Assembly: GCA_001798185.1 (NCBI GenBank)
Contig: MGRM01000004.1
Span: 56,264 to 120,263 of the forward strand
From: Deltaproteobacteria bacterium RIFCSPHIGHO2_02_FULL_44_16
GTDB lineage: Bacteria > UBA10199 > 2-02-FULL-44-16
Direction: 5' to 3'
Length of the DNA stretch: 64,000 nucleotides
Shown here: positions 44,829-53,997 of the stretch, in pieces
How the letters are laid out: every line of letters starts with the position of its first letter
Position numbering within the stretch: position 1 is the stretch's first letter
Notes under the pieces: generated by a model
What the model saw: only the letters and a program-made list of their open reading frames with translations
What the model was told of the DNA's origin: nothing
Database searches by the model: none
Position numbers and translations under genes: made by a program

Positions 44829-45719
44829 GTGGCTATTCCCGAATCACAGCTTGAAATCTGGGCGCATCAAGGTTCGATCACGCAGTCGAGCAATACATAC
44901 ACGACGATAAAACGAGCGCTCGAAGCATCCGATACCAAGTATGCCGACAAAACCTACGAGGTATTCCTGCAAGGCTCGTACGGCAACGACACCAATATCT
45001 ACGCGGAAAGCGATGTGGATGTCGTCATTCGTCTCGATTCTGTCTACTACTATGACATTACAGCTCTGACAGCCGGCGAACAAGCGCGATTCAACGCGGC
45101 GCTTATTCCAGGAACCTATTCATACGCGACCTACAAAGCTGACGTGATCGCTGCCCTGCTCAAGAGTTTTGGCACGGTGGACGTGAAGCCCGACAAAAAA
45201 GCGGTCAAGATCAAATCCAGTGGAAGCAGGCGTAACGCCGATGTTGTAGTCGCCGCTGAATTTCGGCGTTACTTTTCGGGACTCTTAGGTCCACAATACG
45301 AGCCCGGGATTTGCTTCTTCAACTCCAGCGGCGACCGAATAGCCAACTATCCGAAACAACATTCGGCAAACTGCACGGCGAAGCATCAGGCGACGCATGG
45401 GTGGTTTAAACCGATGGTGAGAATCCTTAAAAATATGCGTAGCAGGCTCGTCGATGACGGTTCGATTGAACAGGGAAGCGCCCCGTCGTACTTTCTCGAA
45501 GGCCTGCTCTACAATGTTCCCAACGACAAGTTTGGAGGAAGCTACAACGATACGTTCGTGGCGGCCGTAAACTGGATACTTCAGGCCGAACGCAATAATT
45601 TAGAATGTGCGAACAAGCAGCACTACCTTGTGAGGGATTTTGATGCAACGTGCTGGCCCTACGGTAACTGCGATCGTTTTCTTAATGCGCTCACACAACT
45701 CTGGAATGAGTGGTCGTAA
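44829..45719 (+). CDS. SMODS/CD-NTase-type nucleotidyltransferase
   Basis: FLQGSYGNDTNIYAESDVDVVI (GS...DxD) and a later NADVVVA acidic motif. GTG start 9 nt after GGAG. Directly downstream of patatin. Confidence 0.6.
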   Translation: MAIPESQLEIWAHQGSITQSSNTYTTIKRALEASDTKYADKTYEVFLQGSYGNDTNIYAESDVDVVIRLDSVYYYDITALTAGEQARFNAALIPGTYSYATYKADVIAALLKSFGTVDVKPDKKAVKIKSSGSRRNADVVVAAEFRRYFSGLLGPQYEPGICFFNSSGDRIANYPKQHSANCTAKHQATHGWFKPMVRILKNMRSRLVDDGSIEQGSAPSYFLEGLLYNVPNDKFGGSYNDTFVAAVNWILQAERNNLECANKQHYLVRDFDATCWPYGNCDRFLNALTQLWNEWS

Positions 45720-45791
45720 TACTAAACGACAATCCCTCAATCAGCTTCAAATCTCTATCCGCTCTACCTCCGATTAAAGTGCCCCGCATCT

Positions 45792-48401
45792 TCATATTTC
45801 AAAAACCTTTAACACTTCGTCGCCGTAATGGTTGATGACCTTCACAGCAATCTTGCCCGTCTCAGGTTTGACGAACGGTTGGCTTACTGTGCTGTAGAGG
45901 TTACTCCAGGCTACTTCGTCGATGTCGGTCCGTAGCGCTCGCTTGAGTTTGTCATATGGTTCTTCAGCTCCGGTGAAGTAGGCGTGGCGCACAAAGAAAC
46001 TCTCGCCATTATAGTTGGTATCGATGAACCAGCAAGCGATATCATCGGTGGAGGAACTACGAATCTGTCCCGTAGTCGGGTCGTACACATCCACGCCCTT
46101 GATCTCGGCAATGATCTGTCCATTCTTCTGTTTCTTGATCTCCACATCCGGTTCACCAAATACCATAAATAAATTGCCTGCACCGGTCTTCTTCAGCAAT
46201 TCATCGCCCATCGCTAGGTCGGGATTCATCTTGGCCGGCAGTACGGTCAGTTTACCATATCGCTTAACTTCTTCAGCCACATGTGGATCGAAGGCAAAGC
46301 CACAGACAATAAGCATATCGAAGCCCACACCTTGCACCGCTTCTTTGGCGGCTTCTTTTACTTGCTGAGGACCAACGGTACCATGCTCAGGGCCAATAGA
46401 GACAGCCACCCGTCTGTTTTTTCCATCGGCATCGATATATTCACCGGCTGCATGCAGCCAGGCTCCGGCGTAAGGATCAAGTCGAGAAAATGTGAGCCTC
46501 TCACTCTTGCGAGTGTTTTGCACACCTGCTTTCTTCAGATTATCCAGGATCATTGTAGTGAAATCCTGCTGCTTATGAGCTTCCTGCTCTGTTACCGTGC
46601 CGTTCTGATTCTCATCTGCGGTAGATAGTACACGATGAGGTGATAAACTCTCCACGGAGAACGGGCCACATACTCGCACGCGTTTGTTGTCTTCGTAAGG
46701 TTGATCATACAACGTTTCGGCCTCGGTGTGGCGGGCAATGGCGATATCTATCTGCTCACGCGTCATCCCTTCCTTGATGTCAGGATTGTGGGCGATAGAT
46801 TTGAGCGTGACATGTGGTACTCGTTTGTAAACGAAACCTTTGCGAATGTCGTTTTCAGTTTTATATTCTGGTGGCATCTTTCCGGTTAACTCCATTTCCT
46901 TTTTGAGGCCTTCGGAGGAGTCAGCCAGTAAGTAGTAGGGATACTTAGCAGACATCAATCGTGTACGCGCTAGAGCTAGAGCGACGCGGCTGGTATCACA
47001 GGTAATCCATCGTCGACCCCACTGTTCAGCAACGAAAGCAGTGGTGCCACTGCCACAGGTAGGATCTAGTACTAAATCTCCGGGATCAGTGGAAGCAATC
47101 AAGCATCGTTCAATTGCTGTAGTTGTTGTCTGAACAACGTACTGTTTATCCGAAGCACCCCCGGTATCAGCCCACAATGAAGTAAAACGCGAAACAGGAT
47201 AATCATCTTGAAGTAGGATCTGTTGCAAACCGTTTCCTGATGCTTGTAAACGATTCGCTTCTGCCATTTTTTTCATCCCATCCCGATCGGTTTTCCAACA
47301 TGATCCTTTCGGTGGCGGATATTTTTTCCCTTCAAACTCAAATATAAAATCTTGATTCTGTCGGTACTGCGCGGGAAGCATTGAAACGAGTCGATAAACT
47401 CTTGCACCCTTTGGAAGTAGTCGGTGATTATTAATCTCTTCACTGGTTAGTTTCCTGCGTGAACCATCTGGCATTTGTGCCCAAGACCACAAAGAATCGC
47501 CTTCTACAGACATATCTCGATATAGTGGACGAGATTTAACCTGTTCATTTTTTTTGGCGTACCAGAGTATGTAATCAGAGACCTGTTCGAAATAATCTGA
47601 ACCAAGAGGCATGGTCTTTTTTCTAAAAGTGATAAGTGAACAAAAGTTCTCACTACCAAACACCTCATCCATCACACACCGTACCAAGTGTACATTTTCA
47701 TCCCCGATTTGCACAAACATGCTGCCGGTTTCTGTCAAAAGTTCTCGAGCTACAACTAGCCGATCACGCAAGTAAGCCAAATAGGAGTGAACCCCCAACT
47801 TCCAGGTATCTCGAAAGGCACGCACCTGCTCTGGCTGGCGGGTGGTGTCTTCAGCCTTACCATCTTTCACATCGTACTTGCGGGTGCTAACTTGCCAGTT
47901 GGAGCCGAATTTGATGCCATAGGGTGGATCAAGATAGATAGTTTGAATTTTTCCCTTGAGTCCTTCCTTCTCGGCCAATGAGGTCATCACCAGCAAAGAA
48001 TCCCCAAGAATCAGTCGATTTGTCCAATTTTGTTCGTGATGGTAAAATTCAACTTTCTGTTCAAAATTATGTGGGCCACCATTGAAGTCAGCGAATAGGT
48101 TCGTCTGATTGTCGTCAGGCTGTGCAATACGAGGTAGCGCATCGATAATGGCCTGGGGATGAATTTTTTCCTGAATGTAAACAGGCACAACAGGAACAGC
48201 AAGACTTTCACGGTCTTGCTCATCTTTACCCTTCCAAACTAATTGTGGATCGAGTGATGGATCGCGTGGATAAAGCATCGTCTTTGGAGCAAGTTCATCA
48301 TCAGCCACAAAGTCGCGCAGTTCTTCAGTGGGTATATTAGTGCGTTTATCCTTGTGGCGAATGGAAGCAATTTTCGTTGGAGTTGATTTCTTTTTAGCCA
48401 T
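45792..48401 (-). CDS. mod: Type III-like DNA methyltransferase (Mod)
   Basis: IYLDPPYGIKFGSNW catalytic motif, DPTCGSGTTAFVAEQWGRRWI AdoMet motif, 869 aa. Confidence 0.8.
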   Translation of the reverse strand: MAKKKSTPTKIASIRHKDKRTNIPTEELRDFVADDELAPKTMLYPRDPSLDPQLVWKGKDEQDRESLAVPVVPVYIQEKIHPQAIIDALPRIAQPDDNQTNLFADFNGGPHNFEQKVEFYHHEQNWTNRLILGDSLLVMTSLAEKEGLKGKIQTIYLDPPYGIKFGSNWQVSTRKYDVKDGKAEDTTRQPEQVRAFRDTWKLGVHSYLAYLRDRLVVARELLTETGSMFVQIGDENVHLVRCVMDEVFGSENFCSLITFRKKTMPLGSDYFEQVSDYILWYAKKNEQVKSRPLYRDMSVEGDSLWSWAQMPDGSRRKLTSEEINNHRLLPKGARVYRLVSMLPAQYRQNQDFIFEFEGKKYPPPKGSCWKTDRDGMKKMAEANRLQASGNGLQQILLQDDYPVSRFTSLWADTGGASDKQYVVQTTTTAIERCLIASTDPGDLVLDPTCGSGTTAFVAEQWGRRWITCDTSRVALALARTRLMSAKYPYYLLADSSEGLKKEMELTGKMPPEYKTENDIRKGFVYKRVPHVTLKSIAHNPDIKEGMTREQIDIAIARHTEAETLYDQPYEDNKRVRVCGPFSVESLSPHRVLSTADENQNGTVTEQEAHKQQDFTTMILDNLKKAGVQNTRKSERLTFSRLDPYAGAWLHAAGEYIDADGKNRRVAVSIGPEHGTVGPQQVKEAAKEAVQGVGFDMLIVCGFAFDPHVAEEVKRYGKLTVLPAKMNPDLAMGDELLKKTGAGNLFMVFGEPDVEIKKQKNGQIIAEIKGVDVYDPTTGQIRSSSTDDIACWFIDTNYNGESFFVRHAYFTGAEEPYDKLKRALRTDIDEVAWSNLYSTVSQPFVKPETGKIAVKVINHYGDEVLKVFEI

Positions 48402-51399
48402 GAGCGATTTCCTTTTTTGTTTCCGCTTTTGCCTTTTTTAGGAAGTCGCGGATAAAATTTTGTGCATCCCACGGGTCGGTAACTTCGATGAATGCCCAGC
48501 GCCCAAAACCGCTGTGGTTATTGATGGCCGGCACCCACAACGTACATGCCGTGGAGACCTTGGCAGCCTTGTCTTTCTTTTTTTCGCCAGTTACCTCAAC
48601 GATCAAATTTAAGAGATCATCCGGGCCATTCCCATCGTCAATGTAGGAGATAAAGTCGGGAATGTAGTTTTTTCCCTCACCGTTCAAAGTATACGGGATA
48701 GTAAAACTAAGGTTGTGGTTCTTCACATAGCGGATGACCTCTGGCATATCTTCCAGCACTTCAGCCATCTTCTGTTCCCATGAGCCAGTATCAGCAACAA
48801 CATGTGAGATGTGACACTTGTCTTTGCTGGTTGCGAAAACGGACCGGGTAGTATCGAAATCGACGTAACGTGTGGATCCAAGGACATCATATGGCCGCAG
48901 GATGGGCTTAAGGGCTGCTGTACCATCAGTTGAAGCAACGATGGATTTATAGATCCGGTCGGCGGCGTCATGCGCAAATTCAATCAATAAAAGTAACTGT
49001 GGAAAAGTGTTGTCCTTGAGCGTGACGCATTCGGCAAGCCAACGTTTAGCAATGTTGAGCAGTTGCGGAAAGAGCCAGGGTTTGTCATTGCCATCGTCGT
49101 CACGGAAGTATTTTTCGAGCGTAAGCTTTGCCAATAAGAAGGCGACCTCGTTGAGCCTGTGGCGTTTGAGATCATCTAAAGTGTGAATGCTGGATTCACC
49201 AACGATGGGAGCGTTCTCGGTCTTCGTGGGAATATCCACGGTCGAAAGAACGAGTTTGGATTCATCGCTAAAGGTGGCTATGAGCCGCTCTCCAGCCACA
49301 TCGTAACGATAGCCGAGTAAACGTGGAAATGTAATCTCGTGGGCGACACGGCTTTCGAGGGCGCGAACACGTGTAGGTAAAGGTCCAGGCTTGGGGTCTG
49401 TGGTTGCACCACTACAAGGAATAAATGAAAATGGAACACCGTAGACTTCAGCGTATTCGGGATCGAAATGACCAGTCTTATTGGCGGCATAACTCATGCG
49501 ACGCAAGGCACGACCAACCACTTGTTCGCATAGTAATTGCGTACCAAATGCGCGCACACCAAGAACGTGAGTGACAGTATTGGCATCCCAGCCCTCTGTG
49601 AGCATAGAGACGCTAATCACGCACTTGACGTGTTCTCCAAGCTTGCCGGCCTTACCCACTGTATTCATAACTTCGCGTAGTAGGTCTTCATCGGTAAGGC
49701 TATCAGCATCACGACCTGGAAAACGGATTCGGGATTCGGCTTTGAACTCATCAATTTCACGAGCAGCTATCTTTTTGAAATCATCGCTCATTGATTCGCC
49801 CGATTCGAGTTGCTGGCTATCTACTAGGATAGTATTCGGGCGGTGCATCCAAGAACCGTTTCCGTCATCGTTGCGGAAGATAGGCAATTGCCCGGCTTGA
49901 ACAATGGTCTGTTCACCAATTTGCTTTTCCCAGCCGGCGATAAAGTCGAACACTAATTTAGAGACGTTGGTATTGTTGCAAACTACGATGAAGACAGGTG
50001 GTGTGTTACCACGGGCACGTGCTTCTGTATTTTGCTCCCACAAGCGATAATACTTCTCGTAGTTGCCGTAGAGGCTATGTAGGGCTCCTTGCAATTCGAC
50101 GGGCAGTTTCGGTTCACCCCCAACCTCATCCGTTTTACGGCCTTTTCTTGGTAGTTGTTCGCGAATGCGTATCCACAAATCGCGGTAAGTAGGTTGTTCA
50201 CCTGTCATTGAATCGTCGGCAATAGGAACGCGGGGCACCTTGACGATACCTGCTTCGATGGCGTCAATGAGAGAGAAATCAGAGACAACCCACGGAAAAA
50301 GGGTGCCTTCCGGGTAGCCTGAACCACGCAAAAAGAATGGTGTGGCCGAAAGATCATAGATTGCTTTCACGCCGATCTTGGCTTTCACTGTCTCAATGCC
50401 AGAAATCCAAATGCGGGCTTCTTCCTCGCGGCTCTTAGCTTCTATGCGATCATCACCTGTAAGCGGTTCGTCATCGCTGTCGGGTTTACGGCGATAGCAA
50501 TGATGGGCTTCGTCGTTGAGAACGATAATGTTTTTTTTGGTGCTCAACTCACGACAGACGCGTCGCACCATCTGATCTGGAGTTTCGGTAAATGGGCTTG
50601 GTTTTCCATCAGCGAGAATCGATTTTGTGATCTTGCCTGCCGCAATTTTTTCGCGAAGTTGGAAAGCATGAAAATTGGTGATAAGAATTTTGGCTTGGCC
50701 GAGCTGGTCTTGTAAATGAGCCGGAACAATATCGCGTTGGCGGTAGTAGTTCTCCGGATCGTTTGGCAATAGAACACGTAGCCGATCGCGAATAGTAATA
50801 CCAGGCGTGACGATCAGAAAAGTGTCAGAGAAACGAGCATCCTGCGGATTGGCGCGTTTATTAAGTGTATGCCAGGCAATGAGCATCCCCATGACGACAG
50901 TTTTGCCGGAACCAGTAGCCATTTTAAACGTAGTGCGTGGCAAGCCGGGGTTTGAGGTGTCGTTCCCTTCTTGTATCTTGTTCTCAATCCAGGCATCACC
51001 ATATTTCTTAGCGACTTCGGCAATATAGATGGCAGTTTCAAGAGCCTCGATTTGGCAGAAGAAAAGTTTCTTCTCACGATTGGGATCGGTCCAGTAAGCA
51101 ATTAAACGTGCAGTCGTCGGCGTAACACCGACATGGCCACCCTGACGCCACATGGAAACGCGGCGGCGGATGTCATTGACGAGCTTGTTCTCTTCAATAC
51201 GATCTTGTGTCCACTCTGTTTCGAATTGGAGTTGGTTGGCTCCTTTTTTCTTCGATTTAGCGATGGGCACAAAGTACGAACTAGTTCGACGCGCTTCGAT
51301 AATTTCGTCAGTGATCCCGTCATCATTAAAACGAAAGTGCTTTGTAGGCTCCTCGAAAGGAGAATTGATAATCGGGTTTTCGATAATGACTTGTTTCAT
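48394..51399 (-). CDS. res: Type III-like restriction subunit (Res; SF2 helicase plus C-terminal nuclease)
   Basis: MATGSGKT (motif I), LNDEAHH (II), SATP (III), LTEGWDA/QVVGRALR (V/VI). C-terminal IPDF...IVEVTGEKK nuclease-like motif. Confidence 0.8.
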   Translation of the reverse strand: MKQVIIENPIINSPFEEPTKHFRFNDDGITDEIIEARRTSSYFVPIAKSKKKGANQLQFETEWTQDRIEENKLVNDIRRRVSMWRQGGHVGVTPTTARLIAYWTDPNREKKLFFCQIEALETAIYIAEVAKKYGDAWIENKIQEGNDTSNPGLPRTTFKMATGSGKTVVMGMLIAWHTLNKRANPQDARFSDTFLIVTPGITIRDRLRVLLPNDPENYYRQRDIVPAHLQDQLGQAKILITNFHAFQLREKIAAGKITKSILADGKPSPFTETPDQMVRRVCRELSTKKNIIVLNDEAHHCYRRKPDSDDEPLTGDDRIEAKSREEEARIWISGIETVKAKIGVKAIYDLSATPFFLRGSGYPEGTLFPWVVSDFSLIDAIEAGIVKVPRVPIADDSMTGEQPTYRDLWIRIREQLPRKGRKTDEVGGEPKLPVELQGALHSLYGNYEKYYRLWEQNTEARARGNTPPVFIVVCNNTNVSKLVFDFIAGWEKQIGEQTIVQAGQLPIFRNDDGNGSWMHRPNTILVDSQQLESGESMSDDFKKIAAREIDEFKAESRIRFPGRDADSLTDEDLLREVMNTVGKAGKLGEHVKCVISVSMLTEGWDANTVTHVLGVRAFGTQLLCEQVVGRALRRMSYAANKTGHFDPEYAEVYGVPFSFIPCSGATTDPKPGPLPTRVRALESRVAHEITFPRLLGYRYDVAGERLIATFSDESKLVLSTVDIPTKTENAPIVGESSIHTLDDLKRHRLNEVAFLLAKLTLEKYFRDDDGNDKPWLFPQLLNIAKRWLAECVTLKDNTFPQLLLLIEFAHDAADRIYKSIVASTDGTAALKPILRPYDVLGSTRYVDFDTTRSVFATSKDKCHISHVVADTGSWEQKMAEVLEDMPEVIRYVKNHNLSFTIPYTLNGEGKNYIPDFISYIDDGNGPDDLLNLIVEVTGEKKKDKAAKVSTACTLWVPAINNHSGFGRWAFIEVTDPWDAQNFIRDFLKKAKAETKKEIAHG

Positions 51400-51872
51400 G
51401 CATCACTCTCTGTTGATTTCTTGTCTAGCAACCTCGGCATCCGCTCATGCTTGGTCAATTTTTTATACTCCGACGTGGCAGCTTCCGTGATCATATAAAC
51501 CCGTTCCATCCCATCTTTCTGAACAAGAACCGCTTTTATGTCTTTATCCAAATCAAACCACACTTTCTTTTCGCATCCTCGCTTGGCCGGGATGAGCACT
51601 ACCTTGGGCTTTAGCTTGTCCCACTTTTTGGCAAGCAGTGATTCAAGTCGTGCCCAGCCAGTTTTAGGGAGGGAAAGTTTTTCATCCCGATTACCCCAAT
51701 CGATAAAACAAATCTCCTTACCCTTGCGGATAGGGAGCATCGGTCGTTTATCCCAGTATGCAAAAACAATTTCACCATTTCGTTCAAAGTTCTGAATCTC
51801 GTTTTCAGAAAAAAACTTTGCCAGTTCTTTTTTAAAGGCAGGATCATACTGAATCGAAACGGCACCGCACAT
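51396..51872 (-). CDS. Compact, divergent SRAP (YedK/HMCES)-like protein
   Basis: Starts MCG (Cys2). WARLES ~ NARVET, VWFDL ~ GWFEW, HERMPRLL ~ HDRRPLVL of YedK. Its stop overlaps the res start (ATGA). Confidence 0.4.
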   Translation of the reverse strand: MCGAVSIQYDPAFKKELAKFFSENEIQNFERNGEIVFAYWDKRPMLPIRKGKEICFIDWGNRDEKLSLPKTGWARLESLLAKKWDKLKPKVVLIPAKRGCEKKVWFDLDKDIKAVLVQKDGMERVYMITEAATSEYKKLTKHERMPRLLDKKSTESDA

Positions 51873-51879
51873 TTGAACC

Positions 51880-53013
51880 TTATCCTTTCAAGAGCCGCTT
51901 TTCCTGTTCAATCACCTCACGTTCGTGCTCGAGTTCTTTTTTCAATTCCTCTTCGGTCGGCAGATAGAGTTTGTATTTCGAAGCAAAGATGCGCTTACCA
52001 TCGTTCAAAACAGAATATTTCACGACGGCTTCTTCTTTCTCGGAACAGAGCACAATTCCAATAGTGGGATTGTCTTCTTTGCCACGTAGCTTGTCCTCAA
52101 AAAAGCGAACATAAAAATCCATCTGCCCAATATCTTGATGGGTGAGCTCACCCATCTTCAGATCAATGAGAATAAAACACTTAAGCACGTAATTGTAGAA
52201 AACGAGATCGATGTAGAAATGCTTGGTGCCCGCTGAAATCCTGTGTTGTCTCCCCACGAAAGAAAAACCCCGTCCAAGCTCCAAAAGAAAATCCTGCAGT
52301 TTGTTGATAAGAAGAGTTTCAAGTTCCTTTTCTTGCAAAACAGCGTCGCGCTTGACGTTCAAAAATTCTAAAACAAAAGGATCTTTGATGAGATCTGCAG
52401 CGGTGGCGGGAGGTTCTAACTTGTTGGTTGTCTTTTTGAGAAGACTTCTTTTCCTGCTCATCAACAAACGTTCATAATAAAAGGAGTTGATCTGGCGCTC
52501 CAACTGGCGTGTGCTCCAATTGCCAGCGACGGCCTCTTCCAGATAATATTGTCGGGCCGTTTCTTTCTCCACCTTGAGAAGCAGCCTATAGTGGGTCCAG
52601 CTTAATTCTGGCCTCAATCCAAACGGAACCAATTGGTCACGCAGTGCGTGACTTTTTTGCCTCGACTCACTTTGGCCACGCACTGCGTGACCTTTCTGGA
52701 AGGCCAAATAAAACTGACGAAAATATTTCAAGTTTGTTAATGAATAGCCTTCCCCGAACTCCCGGGTCAGCTTTTCGGCCAAAGATAAAATGAGATGCTC
52801 ACCGTAATCTGCCCGTTTTTTGCCTTTTTGCTCTTCCTCTACAATCAGACGTCCCACGTTCCAGTAGGCTTCTACCATGATGAAATTGACAGAACGATAG
52901 GCGTTACCCCGAGCCTGAAGGATAATATCCTTCACCTGGGAATAAAAATTCTGTCGGAGAATTTTCCCGTCTTTTCTAACGACTAAAGAGGTGTTCTTTT
53001 TTGAACTCTTCAT
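51880..53013 (-). CDS. DUF1016 (YhcG-like) PD-(D/E)XK nuclease
   Basis: WTHYRLLLKV, GRGFSFVGRQHRI and YIDLVFYN...LIDLKMGELTHQDIGQMDFYV motifs. Confidence 0.75.
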   Translation of the reverse strand: MKSSKKNTSLVVRKDGKILRQNFYSQVKDIILQARGNAYRSVNFIMVEAYWNVGRLIVEEEQKGKKRADYGEHLILSLAEKLTREFGEGYSLTNLKYFRQFYLAFQKGHAVRGQSESRQKSHALRDQLVPFGLRPELSWTHYRLLLKVEKETARQYYLEEAVAGNWSTRQLERQINSFYYERLLMSRKRSLLKKTTNKLEPPATAADLIKDPFVLEFLNVKRDAVLQEKELETLLINKLQDFLLELGRGFSFVGRQHRISAGTKHFYIDLVFYNYVLKCFILIDLKMGELTHQDIGQMDFYVRFFEDKLRGKEDNPTIGIVLCSEKEEAVVKYSVLNDGKRIFASKYKLYLPTEEELKKELEHEREVIEQEKRLLKG

Positions 53014-53023
53014 AAAAATTTTC

Positions 53024-53674
53024 TCACTTCGGTTTAATCAAACACACCTTATGGATGAATCTGAATCCATCCGGCACCAGAACCAAAGGTTCATAAGACG
53101 GATTAATCGATTGCAAAATTAACATCCCATCTTGTTTACGAAGTTTTTTGATCATGACTTCATCTGTGTTGAGCCCCACCACCACGAGATCTCCGTTCTC
53201 ATAACCGTGATTCGGGCATACGTAAACGATCCAGCCTTTCTCGAGCATGGGCGACATCGAGTCGCCTTCTACGAACAACGCATAAGCATTGGGATCTTTT
53301 ACATCGATCGGTCGGTGAACTTTCCGAAACCCTTCGCCACGCGGAAATCCTTGTTCATCATAGAATCCCCCGCGACCAGCTTTCGTGAGTCCGATGACGG
53401 GAATATCATTTGGAATATAGTTGGGTGCATCAAAGGCGTTCTGAGGTCTGTCCGCGGTTTCCTTTGGATAAAGGATTTCCTCCGGTTTTATTCCTAACGC
53501 ATTCGCCAGTTTTTGAATGGTGACGTAGCGAGGATTTCGAGAATCATCCCGTTCAATACGACCAATATGACCTGCTGTGAGTCCGCAGAGCTCGGAGAGC
53601 TGATCAATGGTTAAGTCCTTTGATTCCCTGATTTTTCTTAAGCGTTCACCAATAGAATCTAACATATATGTCAT
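53024..53674 (-). CDS. cI: CI-type repressor (XRE HTH plus S24 LexA-like peptidase)
   Basis: HTH (LTIDQLSELCGLTAGHIGRIER) and FVEGDSMSPML ... VMIKKL Ser/Lys dyad. The ORF track starts at TTG 53686; ATG 53674 is preferred. Confidence 0.8.
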   Translation of the reverse strand: MTYMLDSIGERLRKIRESKDLTIDQLSELCGLTAGHIGRIERDDSRNPRYVTIQKLANALGIKPEEILYPKETADRPQNAFDAPNYIPNDIPVIGLTKAGRGGFYDEQGFPRGEGFRKVHRPIDVKDPNAYALFVEGDSMSPMLEKGWIVYVCPNHGYENGDLVVVGLNTDEVMIKKLRKQDGMLILQSINPSYEPLVLVPDGFRFIHKVCLIKPK

Positions 53675-53760
53675 ATCTATGGACAAAATAAGAAAAAGGC
53701 AAGTGAATTTATATGTAATAAATTATTTGACAGGTCTTAAGAAGAGAGCATATATGTAAT
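53666..53760. promoter_or_regulatory. Immunity switch: three ATATGT(A/C)AT operator-like repeats and a PR-like promoter
   Basis: 9-mers at 53666, 53711 and 53752. TTGACA at 53727-53732, then 17-18 nt, then ATATAT/TATATG overlapping the third repeat, upstream of cro. Confidence 0.5.
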
Positions 53761-53763
53761 CTC

Positions 53764-53997
53764 ATGAAGGGCCGAAAACTCGCTGTACATATCAAAAAAA
53801 TCAGGAGCGAAAAGGGCTTTACCCAAGAGAAATTGGCTCAGTTGGCGGGTCTTTCCGTTGGGCATGTGATTCGCTTAGAAAGTCGTCGAAAAACCAACCC
53901 TACGATGGAAACCCTGAAGAAAATCTCCAAAGCCTTGGGGATTTCATTCGAGGTGTTCGTGGGTTCAGAACAGGAGCAAACATGTCTGAAGCAATGA
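53764..53997 (+). CDS. cro: Cro-like XRE HTH regulator
   Basis: 77 aa, divergent from cI, with GFTQEKLAQLAGLSVGHVIRLE. Confidence 0.7.
   Translation: MKGRKLAVHIKKIRSEKGFTQEKLAQLAGLSVGHVIRLESRRKTNPTMETLKKISKALGISFEVFVGSEQEQTCLKQ

Noticed and set aside
45720-45791. Search for a terminator between the convergent CBASS and mod genes.
   Set aside because: No convincing stem-loop or T-run was found by eye in the 72-bp gap.
47548-47555. A8/T8 homopolymer in mod (and another in res at 50531-50538), considered as a phase-variation tract of a phasevarion.
   Set aside because: Eight residues encoding Lys-Lys-Asn is short and common in AT-rich coding DNA. There is no evidence of length variation from a single sequence.
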